Shown here piece by piece: positions 13,382-24,439 of a DNA stretch of 64,000 bases; the stretch's first letter is position 1, and each line of letters opens with the position of its first letter. The stretch comes from Sphaerodactylus townsendi (lineage: Eukaryota): NCBI RefSeq assembly GCF_021028975.2, contig NC_059432.1, positions 81,034,001-81,098,000 of the forward strand, read 5' to 3'. Made by a program: the position numbers and the translations under genes. The notes below the pieces were generated by a model. It saw only the letters and a program-made list of their open reading frames with translations, made no database searches and had not been told where the DNA came from.

Positions 13382-13529
13382 CAGGGGTAGGGAACCTGCG
13401 GCTCTCCAGATGTTCAGGAACTACAATTCCCATCAGCCTCTGTCAGCATGGCCAATTGGCCATGCTGGTAGGGGCTGATGGGAATTGTAGTTCCTGAACA
13501 TCTGGAGAGCCGCAGGTTCCCTACCCCTG
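13382..13529. mobile_element. palindromic hAT-type MITE, 148 bp (copy 1)
   Basis: The whole element is a near-perfect inverted repeat (CAGGGGTAGGGAACC...GGTTCCCTACCCCTG) with an 8-bp TSD tgttagat (13374-13381, 13530-13537). Confidence 0.92.
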
Positions 13530-14279
13530 TGTTAGATCAATACTAGAAAGGACAAAACTGCAATTCTGTGTAAAGTTGTACTATGTGCTTTAACTAGATT
13601 TCCGCCTAGTCTTCTTATAACACAACCATAATCACTAGTTCACTCTTAGAAATGCATAACCATCCAATGCAACAACAATTTCAGACAGGACATCAAGGAC
13701 TAGGGCAACATTTCACTTGAGTATCTCCACATGCAGATGCTTTCACAATCACTGGTTCTGCAGTGATTATTGCTCTCCAACTCAGATGATGGCACAATAA
13801 ACAAGAGAGGCAAAAGGGCAACAGAAGACTGTAAAAACATTTACTGTTTATGCATCCTGCTGTGACAAAAAAATTAAAGAATTCTTACTACCAGCTACTA
13901 GGATAAGGGACAGTATACATGTTTAGGAAATGAAACAAAATGGGAGAAGCAACCCTCATCTAGTTGGAATTTAGAGAATGCTGTCATGAAGATTGTTTAG
14001 ACTATTTTGAACAGCCAGCAAAAGAATGCAGCAGAATGAAACTATCTGTAGTTACACACAAGATATTGTGACTGCAACTAACGTTGCAATCTAAGGATTG
14101 CCTCTATGAAAACCATTATTTTCATTCAGATAGCTACCTTTAAGCAAAGTCACACTCTCCACTATTTCCCCTTGTTTTCTTGAACAATTACAACTGAGAT
14201 GTCCACACATGACAATTTGTAGTTTACGATCCAACTGAAAAATAGTAAAATTAATATGCTTTGTATACATTTTAAATTT

Positions 14280-16890
14280 TTTTATTAAATTTGTATCCCA
14301 CCCTCCCCAATCAGGGTCAGGCTCAGGGTAGCTCACAGAGTTTAAAACATAACAATACAATATAAATATAAAATACTATAGCTAAAACCATAACCCCAAG
14401 ACGGTGACAGGATGAATTCCAGATTACCATAGTAAAATCAAAACCAAAGGGGTTGGCATCACAATCAATAATAAAACAAAGGCAATAAATATAATTGTGA
14501 GTTGGGAGGCCAGCATATGAAATAGGGAGAGTGGGAGGTCTCAACCGAGGCCTGTGGAACATCTCTGGAACATCCCACAGGGTCCAGCTGTCAGCTGACA
14601 GAGAGTTCCACCAGGCTGGAGCCAGGGCCAAAAAAAGCCCTGACTCTGGTCGAGGCCAAGCTACCATCTGTGAGGCCAGGGACCACAAGAAGGTTTCTGT
14701 CAGAGGACTGGAACGTCCTCCGCAGGTAGTACTGGGAGAAGCAGTTTTGGAGATACGAGGACATCAGACCACGGCAGCCCTTGAAAGTCAAGGCTAACAT
14801 CTTGAACCTTAGCTACTGGAAATCAGTGCTGCATGCGAAATACAGGTCTTATGTACCCCCTCACTGTAGATTTGGTGAGGAGCCTTGCAGCCGCATTCTG
14901 AACCAGTTTCCAGATCAGCTGCAAAAGCAGGCCTGCACAGAGTTACAATAATTGGGCTTGGAGGTGACTGTCGCATGGATCACTGAAGCTAGGTTCAAAT
15001 AAGACAGGTAGGGGGCCTGCTGCCTGACCTGACTGAGATATAAAAAGACCACTCTCACTGTGTGCGACACCTGGGATTCCATAGGTAAGGTCACACCCAG
15101 GCTTTTGACAGATGAGGCAGGTTTTATAGCCTCGCTGCCAAATTGGGGCAATTGAATCCCCACACCAACCAATTCCCCCCAGCCACAGGACCTCTGTCTT
15201 CACTGAATTCAGCTTCAGCCTACTCTTTCTCAACCAACCAGACATGACCTCCAGACATTGTGCCAACGTATCTGGGGTTGGTCCTCCATCAACAACAAAA
15301 TCTGGGTGTCATCAGCATATTTTTGACAACCCAGCCCAAAGCTCTGAACAAGCTGAGCCAGGGGCCGCATGATGATTTTAAGCAACACTGGTGAGAAGAC
15401 CACAAACCACAAACAAATGGATGTTGCCAAGACACCCCCTCCCCTAGTGTCACTTGCTGTCCATGGTCTTGGAGAAACAAGGCCAGCGATTGCAAGGCTG
15501 TACCCCATATCCCAGCATCAGTGATGCGATAGGTCATAAGATAATGGTCAACCATGTCAAATGCTGCAGCGAGGTCTAAAAACACCAGCAGTGCTGACCT
15601 ACCTCGGTCGAACTGCATCTAAGGCTGGGCTGTGACGGCGACCAGCACAGTCTCTGTCCCATGGCTAGGATGGAACCCAGACAGGAAGGGATCCAGAACT
15701 GATGACTCCTCCAGAAATACCTGAAGTTATTCTGCCACAGCTCTCTCAACTACCTTACCCAGAAACTAAAGATTCAAAGTCAGGCAGTAGTTGGCCAGAT
15801 CTGTAGGATCTAAGGTTAGATTTTTCAAGCGTGGGCATAGCACTGCCTCTTACCTCCCTGGGAAAACTCCCTGTGTAAGGGAACAGTTGATGATATTCAG
15901 CAGGGAATTCCATAACATCTCACAACTGGCTTTCACTAGCCATGAGGGGCATGGATCAAGAGGACAAGTGGAAGGTCCTATGGCCGCAAATACTTTGTCA
16001 ATATCAGACTGGGAGAGCAAACTGAAGTGGTCAAAGGTTTGACCAGAAGACAGCCAAGGGGCCTCCCCTTACTATATCAATAGTTCCCGAGAGATCATGG
16101 CGGAGCAACAAGACTTTATCAACAAAAAAAGTTTACAAAAGCCTCACAGCTAAATGCCAATTTGCTATTTTAGATCCCACAGGTAGGGATGTCAGTGATC
16201 AGACCACACTGAATAATTGTGCTGGGTGTGAGCTCGCAGATGCAATAGAGGCAGCAAAGAAGCTCTTTTGCCATTTTTACTGCCCTCTCATAAGATTTCA
16301 TAAATGTCTTGTAAGATTTTCTGGCAGCTTTGTCACAAGCATGCTGCCAAACTCAGCTCTCTTTTCATCTGCCATGGCTCCTTAAGAGTACCAAGGAGCT
16401 GGGCTGACACAAGAGTGAAGAGGTGGTCGGGGAGTGATTGTTTTGATGGTCTCAGAGAGCCAGGCATTCCAGTCCTCTACCAGCTCATCGACTGAACTGC
16501 CAGAAGGGTTCAGGTCCTGCAGGGCATTCTGGAAGTCAATTGGATCCATGAGTCTCCATGGGAGGCATAAATAAGCTCATCGCTTAGACAAGGGAACTGA
16601 TTTTCACCCAGGCTTCAGAACAAACGACAGCATTCTATCCCATAGAGACCAGAACCACATCCATCCCAATTCCAAAGATCAAATCCAGCACATGGCCTGT
16701 TTGGTTTGTGGGGCCTGTATTAATGAAGGAGAATCCCAGTGCTGCCATGGATAACACCAGGACCGCTGCTTGTGAAGATGTGGCTGAATCCACATGAATG
16801 TAGAACAATAAGACCTCTAGTGGTTTCTGCCTGACTGGTACACCAGCAGAATTGCCAAACTGTCAATGGCACCCCACACCAGACCTACAC
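14280..16890 (-). mobile_element. decayed L2-clade LINE (endonuclease + RT + 3' tail)
   Basis: Frameshifted minus-strand ORFs contain LVFLDLAAAFDMVDH, KYADDTQI, WLRKSRLKLNSVKTEVL, HATVTSKPNYCNS and APAWWNSL, plus an APE-like LAILLVY near 16850. Confidence 0.85.
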
Positions 16891-18821
16891 AATTAATGAT
16901 GGAGATTGGTGCGACAGGGTTTTCTTAAAATACTAAAATCTAATTGTGGTGGGTATTCTGGATACTTGAAGTTTTCAATTTCACAGAACAGCCTCCTCTA
17001 TGCTTTATAAGAACCTCTACTGCTCCAAGCAGAGCTAATACTTGCACCCAGCAAACAAGCAATAAAAACACATCACAGACCAGAATAAGTGTTGGTTATG
17101 AAATTTAAGATCAAAAAGTTCTGCAGAATTTCCCTCCATCTGTGCCCATATAAACATTTTCTACTGCTCTCCAATGATTACCAAGGATCAGACATAAGGG
17201 GTGATGGGAAGAGGTCAGCTTAGATCATGAGGTCTGTGATAATACAAAACTTAGAGCAGAGTCATGGCTGTGCAGAACATCAACATTTTGACAAGCATAA
17301 TTGGTGGGAGAAACACTTTATGAAAGCAGCAGCCATATACACACTTTGGAAAATCCACAGTGATGAGAAAACACCTCATAATCATGTTAGGCTACCTTGT
17401 TTAGAGTCACCAGACCATACACAAGGCTGTCTTCTCTACTCCACATCAAGACCCCAGAACAACAAGCTTATAGAAATGTTGTTTAAATCCATCAACTTTC
17501 TTTTGCTTGATACAATACAATGGGGGGGGGGGGGCTTTCTGGATAAATGTATCTGGCATTAAGCAGATCCATACACATACTATAAGTCAGTATGTACTTT
17601 GTTTCCTGTTCTCTATGCTTTGCAAACATCATCCAATTAATCCCCATAGCAACCCTTTGAGAGATGTATCACTACACTTATTTTACACACAGGAAAACTC
17701 GCCCAGGGCCACAGAACTTGTCACTGGCTCATTCAGGATTAAACTGCAGAGGTTTCCAATTCCTGCTCCTATGCACTATGTAAGACCACACCTCTTTCTC
17801 ATATACACACAAACTGTGCAAGCACAGAATGAGATAAACACAGCAGGCAAGAAATAAAATTTCTCTCTTTAAGCTACAGTTTTCTGAAGGTGAAACAAGT
17901 AGGGCAGTGGAGCATCCAAAAAGACACTTCTCGAGAGGTTCAGCCAAAAGCATATTACTGGGAAAACGCCAATAATCATGAACAATAATAATGCTGCGGA
18001 GCATTGGTGTTCTTATAGCTTCATATTTAAGAAATGGTTATGTTTTAGAAGAGCTACACTATTTCATTTCATGTTTTTGAAAGAACAGTTACATTACAAA
18101 AGCAAATGAAAACCAAGAAGTCCCATTCAACCATCCCAGAAATATCATTTTGCAATTTCCCCCCTTTTTGCACACAAATTTTGTACACAAATTTTCTTCC
18201 ACAAAGTTCAAATTAAACGCTAGTCAAAGAAACAGCACACAGCTACAACATGCGGCAAAATTCAGAGGTTTGGTTTTGCATGAAAGCAATTTTTCTTCAT
18301 AATTAGCTTTACCAATTAAGATTTCTTCTTACTTTCATTTTCTACAAATGATTTAATTCCTCCCCCACTGACAATCCTTTAGTAAGATAGTCTTTTCTTG
18401 CACAATGTTTCTATTGCATCCACAGACTGGTAATTATTGACCCAATCCTATCAGGTATTGGATCTGCTCTCCCCTTGTAAAATGCAGCATTGCTCTAAAT
18501 ATAACTTATCAATATGCTAATGCTCTATCAATAAATGGATAATGATGGGAGAGGAGACGGTGTAAAGTGGGATAAATGGAATACAGTATTAAAAGTGGGT
18601 AATAGTAAGAACGAGTTACATAACATTTTGCCAGCTGGGATAGGTTATCTAATCATACCCAAACTGACTGGATGTCTTCTAAGTGCTTACAGGAAAACCA
18701 ATGCAAGGCATCGTTTGTAATTACACAAAGCACTGCTTAATCTCCCCTTCACCACTGCATCCGAGACCTGCATCTCGCACCCCCACTCCAACCCCAGGAA
18801 GCAATCATCAGCTTGCAGAAT

Positions 18822-18830
18822 ACTCACCTT
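18822..18830 (-). other. IRS1: 5' splice donor of the IRS1 3'-UTR intron
   Basis: AAG|GTGAGT on the minus strand; the exon ends at 18828, 22 nt after the TAG stop. Confidence 0.8.
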
Positions 18831-18849
18831 GTCTCTGGCTCCCGATCAG

Positions 18850-21800
18850 CTACTGGATGTCCTCCCGCTTGTGGAAGCTGATGCTGGCATATGCACTTAA
18901 TTCATCACTCAAGTGGCTATTCCCACAAGGCTGATTAGGAGATTTAGGTGGCTGATGCTGCTGCGTCGTCTGCTTGCCCCCTAGCAGAGAAGTGCTCTCC
19001 TGAAGGTGGGGGTGGTGATGTGGGCGCGGATTAAAATCCTTCACTAAGTCCAGGTCGATGTAATTGAGCCCATTCTCAACGCCTCCCCCAGGCCCAACCA
19101 CAACCAGCTCCTTCCTGATGGTTGGAACGAGGCCCGAGGAGGCTCCCGGCTCCCCAGCCACGGGCTTGAGCCAGACGTTTTCGAAGGAGGCTGAGCTGTG
19201 GCGCTTTGCCTCATCAGGACCTCCTCCTGGCCCATGGCGCAGGGCTGAGGCCCCAAGGCCACCACTAGGAGTGGCGGAGGAAGCAAACGTCTCGGAACTG
19301 TGACGCCGCCGGCCCCCCTGTGGGTCTGCGCGGATCACTTTGGCACTCTGGCTGCTGCGGCTGGGGCTGACGTGTATGAAGGCGCTGCTCATTCCTGGGC
19401 CCCCCACCATGGTTGAGGAGCAGGAGTGGGGCAAGGCTGCAGCCAGCTCGCCTGGCTGAGTCTGGGGATGCGGGGAAGGTAGCCCCACAGCAGGTGGGCT
19501 TTTTTCAGGCCTACCACGGCCCATCCTCATGTCGGCATAGCTGAGCAGAAGGGCCGGAGGGGAAGGTGAGGGGTTATGGCCACAAACTATATATTGCCCC
19601 CCACTGCCCAGCTGCATACTCATGTAGTCTCGGCCACCAGTGGGGACTGCCCCGCCCTGATTGGACTGCATGGACGCCAACCTAGACGGGCAGGCAGCTC
19701 CCCAATCCATATTCATGTACTCCTCTGAACCGGATCCAGCTTCTCCATGGGATGAAGGCGACGGAAAGGCTGGCTGCCTGAATTCAATGTTCACATACTC
19801 ACCAGGACTTTTGGGCTCTGGGAGCTGCTCCCGAGCACGCGGCAACGTGCTGGCCTTAGGGCCATCCAAAGACAGACGAGTAGGTCTGGCCAGGCGGCTC
19901 TTGGTCCGCACAGCCATGTCCACAGTATAAGAAGCAGCAGGCTGCAAAGGTTGTGTTTGGGGAGGAACAGAAAACCCACCACCCTCCTGACCCACAGGGC
20001 CACCAAGGCTATCACTACTAGTGGAAGAGGAGGAGTCCTCAGCGGCAGCATACAGCAAGCGCCCAGAGCTCAGAGACATGCGCATCTGGGTGCCACCCTC
20101 TTCACCAGTCCTGCGCTGCACATGTTTGAAGGAACGTGGCAGGGAGAAATAAGAGTAGATGGGTTTGTGGTGGGACTGAGCAGGGCCTTGCAGGGATGCC
20201 TCTTCTGGGCCTGGATGTCCTGAGCTGGTGAAGTAGCAGTCTGGAGGGGTGCTAGTAGCAGAGCCACTGGCTGGAGACATATTGATGTAATCACTGCCCC
20301 CACTTGGCAACTTCCCTTCATTACTCTCCACAGATAATTTGGGATCATGCCTTGTCCCATTCATCCATAGCTTGCTGTAGACAGTGGGACCACTGTCGGG
20401 AGAGCAACTCCCACTTGGAGACATCATCATGTAGCCATTGGAATCCACTACGGCCTGTACATGGCGGCCTCCTCTCCCAGGGTTGATGATCTGCTGTGGG
20501 GCAGACACACTCTTGGGGCTCATGGGCATGTAATCACCACCTTTGTGAGCACTACCACCAGTGGGGATGGGGGCCACTCCTGGCAACATGGGCATGTAGC
20601 CATCATCGGTGTGTGGGGTAGAACTGGTCTGGTGGTGGCCGCCCTCCACGTGGTGCATCTCTAGACACTCCTCAGGATAAGAATGTGTTGGCACAAAGGC
20701 AGAATGTCGAAAGGAAGAGAGCCTACCACCACCACAGGAATACGAGGGGAGCATCTCGGTATATTCCTCAATGGAGGCCACTGAAGACTGTGAGGGTGTC
20801 TTCTGGTGGGAGATGGTTGGGGAGGTACCAGCTGAATGAGTTCGTTTCCTGAAGACTTTATCTAGATCACCTGCATCCTCGCTACCAAGCCGGGGGCAGC
20901 ATGGGACACCAGGATAGCGGGTCTGCTGCTGAAGATGGCAGGCGCGAGGGGTAAAATGACCATTAGGGGCTGTGACACTGCAGCAGGATGAAGCAGCCTT
21001 ACCCCCCATACATATGTAGTTACTAAGCTCCTCATCCCCCCGGGCAGGTGGGGTGTGTCCCAGGGAGTCTGGGGTAACACTGCGAAAAGAGCTCCGGAAG
21101 TCACAGGGGCTGGATCCATACTCATCAGAGGAGATGAAGCCCCCATCACTAGGGGAGCCAGAAACGGAAGCACTGGACCTACGTGGGAAGAGGCAGTCAG
21201 AAGTTGAGCCGTGGCCGCTGGTGCTGCTGGATGACAGGCTGACTGGACTTGTGGCCGAAGGGGAGCAACGTGAAGAAGGCATCGGGATGGAGCGGCTGTG
21301 GTTGAGAGGAGGGTGAAGCCTGGAGTTGCCGCGGTGCCTGTGTGAGTGGGTCCGGTTGGCACTTGGACTCACAGGGCTTCCGTCCACTGAAGCTGGCCTG
21401 GACATAGTGCCTTCTCCATCACTGGAGGCTCTGACGCGAAAAGAACTGGGTTTTCCCCCTGTCCCTCCACCACCTCCCACACCACTGCCAGCAGGAGAGG
21501 TGGCAGTCACGCTCTCAGTCCTGGACCTACGGCTGAGTCCCACCTGGCTGGGCGGGGGGTTGCTGACATGATGCCTGCTGCGGAGAGGCACAGAAATGGG
21601 ATTGGAGCAATTGGAGGAAGATTGGCTTTTGCTACGGGGCCGGAACTCCTCACTCATAGCCCGCATAGCCTCCAAGATGGTCTCATGCATGTTCTGTGCT
21701 ACTACTGAATCATCTACCTGCATCCAGAACTCACCTGGTCCGGTGACTGCAGAGCGCCCCACCTCAATGAAGAAAAAGTTCTCTGAGTGGCCACACCGGC

Positions 21801-22437
21801 GTATGTTGAGCAACTGCAGCACCACCGCCGCCGCATCAGAGTTCAGCTTCACAAAACTGATGGTCTTGTTGGTTAGGCACAGGCGGTAGATGCCAATCAG
21901 ATTTTTAGTCTGGCCCAGACCTTTAGGCTTCAGGATCACTTGCCAAACTTCTTTGAAAGCTGGCCCGGGGGCCATATCCCCATAGTTATCCTCCCTGGCT
22001 TCTCCCATCCCGACACTCCCACCTCTGACAGCGACATCCCCGTGGTGGTGGTGGTGGTGGTGGTGTTGGTAGTGATGGCTCTTGGCCCGGTTGTGCAGTT
22101 GTAGCAGCGCCTGGTACCAACTCTCTTGCTCAGGCTCACTGTCAGCAGCAATGGCAAAGTGCTCATCCTTGGTGTAGAGAGCCACCAGATGCTTATTTTT
22201 GGAGTCTGCCCTTTTATTGATGTTGAAGCAGCTCTCCAGCGGGATAGAGCGCTTGGGAGCCCCTGACTTGTGCCTCCATTTCTTTTCATTCTCATAGTAC
22301 TCCAGTCGGGCGGGTCCCGACTCGCTGGCTGCCCTCAGCACGAAGAAGCGCTTATGCATGCTCTTGGGTTTGCGCAAGTAACCCACCTTCCTGACATCTG
22401 AGAAGAAGCTCTCGTTATTATCTGTGGGGCTCGCCAT
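18850..22437 (-). CDS. IRS1: insulin receptor substrate 1 (single coding exon, 1195 aa)
   Basis: The true start is MASPTD at ATG 22437 in a strong Kozak context (CCACCATGG); the ORF track's TTG start at 22701 is upstream of it. Contains a PH domain (VRKVGYLRKPKSMHKRFF), a PTB domain (FKEVWQV...ETILEAMRAMS), YxxM PI3K sites (YICM, YTEM, YMPM x2, YMMM, YINM, YMNM, YMSM, YADM), YVNI (GRB2), and YIDL and YASI (SHP2). Confidence 0.98.
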   Translation of the reverse strand: MASPTDNNESFFSDVRKVGYLRKPKSMHKRFFVLRAASESGPARLEYYENEKKWRHKSGAPKRSIPLESCFNINKRADSKNKHLVALYTKDEHFAIAADSEPEQESWYQALLQLHNRAKSHHYQHHHHHHHHGDVAVRGGSVGMGEAREDNYGDMAPGPAFKEVWQVILKPKGLGQTKNLIGIYRLCLTNKTISFVKLNSDAAAVVLQLLNIRRCGHSENFFFIEVGRSAVTGPGEFWMQVDDSVVAQNMHETILEAMRAMSEEFRPRSKSQSSSNCSNPISVPLRSRHHVSNPPPSQVGLSRRSRTESVTATSPAGSGVGGGGGTGGKPSSFRVRASSDGEGTMSRPASVDGSPVSPSANRTHSHRHRGNSRLHPPLNHSRSIPMPSSRCSPSATSPVSLSSSSTSGHGSTSDCLFPRRSSASVSGSPSDGGFISSDEYGSSPCDFRSSFRSVTPDSLGHTPPARGDEELSNYICMGGKAASSCCSVTAPNGHFTPRACHLQQQTRYPGVPCCPRLGSEDAGDLDKVFRKRTHSAGTSPTISHQKTPSQSSVASIEEYTEMLPSYSCGGGRLSSFRHSAFVPTHSYPEECLEMHHVEGGHHQTSSTPHTDDGYMPMLPGVAPIPTGGSAHKGGDYMPMSPKSVSAPQQIINPGRGGRHVQAVVDSNGYMMMSPSGSCSPDSGPTVYSKLWMNGTRHDPKLSVESNEGKLPSGGSDYINMSPASGSATSTPPDCYFTSSGHPGPEEASLQGPAQSHHKPIYSYFSLPRSFKHVQRRTGEEGGTQMRMSLSSGRLLYAAAEDSSSSTSSDSLGGPVGQEGGGFSVPPQTQPLQPAASYTVDMAVRTKSRLARPTRLSLDGPKASTLPRAREQLPEPKSPGEYVNIEFRQPAFPSPSSHGEAGSGSEEYMNMDWGAACPSRLASMQSNQGGAVPTGGRDYMSMQLGSGGQYIVCGHNPSPSPPALLLSYADMRMGRGRPEKSPPAVGLPSPHPQTQPGELAAALPHSCSSTMVGGPGMSSAFIHVSPSRSSQSAKVIRADPQGGRRRHSSETFASSATPSGGLGASALRHGPGGGPDEAKRHSSASFENVWLKPVAGEPGASSGLVPTIRKELVVVGPGGGVENGLNYIDLDLVKDFNPRPHHHPHLQESTSLLGGKQTTQQHQPPKSPNQPCGNSHLSDELSAYASISFHKREDIQ

Positions 22438-22749
22438 GGTGGAATGAAAGAGGCGCCGGTGCAGCTCCTCTTGCGACTGGCAGCTTCTGACACAGGAGAG
22501 CGAGTCTTCAACACGCAGCAGCCCAAAATACAAGTCATGCAGCAGCAACCAAAACAGCAAAATATCTCGGAATCCCTGTTTTCCAAAATGCCATGGGAGG
22601 AGGAAAGGGAGAGCGGCAAGCCAGAAACAGCTGTTCAAGCGGCGGAACCCTTCCTCCAGCTCCAGAAGCAGAGTGACTTCGTGCTGCCGTTTTATTCCCA
22701 AAGACCCCTTAGCAGGAGAAACGTGTCTTTCAAAAGTCCAGTCCCGATT

Positions 22750-24130
22750 AAGACGCAGGAAAGCCTCGTCCCGAGAGCAGCCGCCGAGAAAGGGGAGAAG
22801 TGCATCATTTCATCCGTGCAGGGCTGGATTCCTGGCAGCCTAATGGGGTTCCCCCCGCCGCTCCTCTCCCAAACAAACAGCCCCCTCCCCTTCTCGGGTT
22901 ACCCTTAGCAAGAAGCAATTTCAGACGCCGATTAAATATCCTCTCGGGAAGGAGGGAGGCACCGGGGAGGGGGGGGTTGACGCGTTCAGCAAAAGTCTCG
23001 TGGACAGCAGGCGAGCCCCTCTTCCAAATAATAGTAATAATAATAACAACAACACGCAAGCCACCTCGTCTCCTCCCCGCCAAAATGTCTTACAGTCTCC
23101 TCTGTGGGTGAGGAGGGGGGAAAAAAACCCAAAGAAACCAAATCCCAGGGAAGACTTCCTCCAAAATACACACACGCGGATATATATATATGTATCTCAG
23201 CGCTGAGCTCGCAGCTTCTTCAGCTCGTGCAAGAGGAGCAGGCTGGCGGCGACCCCATTCAGTCCCGTCTGGTTAGGGAGAGAAAGTGCCATGCCGACAC
23301 CAAACGTAAGCAGGCAGCTGCCGGAGCGAGGAGACGCTGCCCAAGTGGAGGGAGAGGCGGAGGAGACCAAGGGGCATCCTCGGGGCTGCTGTTGCTGCTG
23401 CCGCGGCTTCCTTCTCCTCCTCCTCTTCTTCATTCCAGTCGGGAAAGTCTCGGAGGGCAAAGCCCTTGTTGCCTCCTCTCGCGCCCCAGAGCGAGGGCAG
23501 GCGAAGGCGATGCGGCCGCGGGCTTCGGCTTGTCCTCCTCGGGCTGCCGCAGGAGCCGCAGCTTCGCGGACTTTCTCCACAGCCCCGAACCAAAACAAGC
23601 CGCGGCGTCTGTGTTTACGAGTCCGGCCCCCTCCAGCCGCCGCCGCCGCCGCCGACACTCAGTCTCACTCCAAGGAGAAAACCACGTGACGGCGCCGATG
23701 CGTGGACCGTCCCCATCTCCAGCCCCTTCACCAGCGGCAGCCACAGCAGAAGCTCAGACAGTCGAACTTGGTAGCGCGCGGCATTCGAACCCGCCCTCGC
23801 TTTCATTCAGCACCGCAGCGACCGCTCTTACCTTTGGGCGCTCCGCCGCGCGAAGCCTCGGGAGGGGGGCGCCGTCCTATTGGAGCACCTGCCTGTCTTT
23901 CAAGCCGTCGTAGGCTCTTGAAAGCCAGACGGCGAGGCACCCAGGCTTGGTTGAGAAGCGCGGCGTAGTAGTATTTTTTTTTTCAACTAAAGAGTGGGGA
24001 GGGAGCGGAGAGACGCCATTCAGTGTTATTTATAAACGAGGGGGCTGTGAATCTCGCCCTCTCCCTGAATTGCGGCTGCTGGGATTGAAGCAGAGGCGGT
24101 CGTTGTGCTGCGGTCGCAAGGCAGCCTATT
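22750..24130 (-). promoter_or_regulatory. IRS1: CpG island: IRS1 promoter and 5' UTR
   Basis: High GC and CpG density, a (GCC)n run near 23636-23655, E-box CACGTG at 23683-23688 and minus-strand CCAAT at 23879-23883. The exact TSS cannot be determined. Confidence 0.8.
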
Positions 24131-24439
24131 TCCCCTCTTCTCTCCCCCAGTCGGTCGTAGTATGGAACCATCTTTTAATAATAAAGAAAGTAATAATATT
24201 TAGACTTTACGTTTTAATATTTCTCCCCTCACCGATTCCTGTATTACCACCTCTCATTTTCTTCCTCTCTCATCTTAAGGGTGCGAGCCTATATAAGTCC
24301 TGGGAAGGTAAAAGTCAGATCTAGATGATTTTAAACGGATTCTGAAGAATTCATACGATTTCTGCACTGAAACAAATTAAAAACACTGCCGTGCTGTAGA
24401 TTGTGTCTTAGTCTATAGGCAGCACTAAAAAAATATGCA

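Noticed and set aside
19044-22295. Alternative-frame and antisense ORFs within the IRS1 CDS
   Set aside because: Expected shadows of a long GC-rich coding exon.
22438-22701. 88-aa N-terminal extension in the 1283-aa ORF call
   Set aside because: It starts at TTG, whereas IRS1 homology and a strong Kozak ATG begin at 22437. Kept only as a low-interest finding.
23104-23913. 269-aa plus-strand ORF and overlapping ORFs in the IRS1 CpG island
   Set aside because: GC-rich, low-complexity sequence open in several frames, with no recognisable domain.
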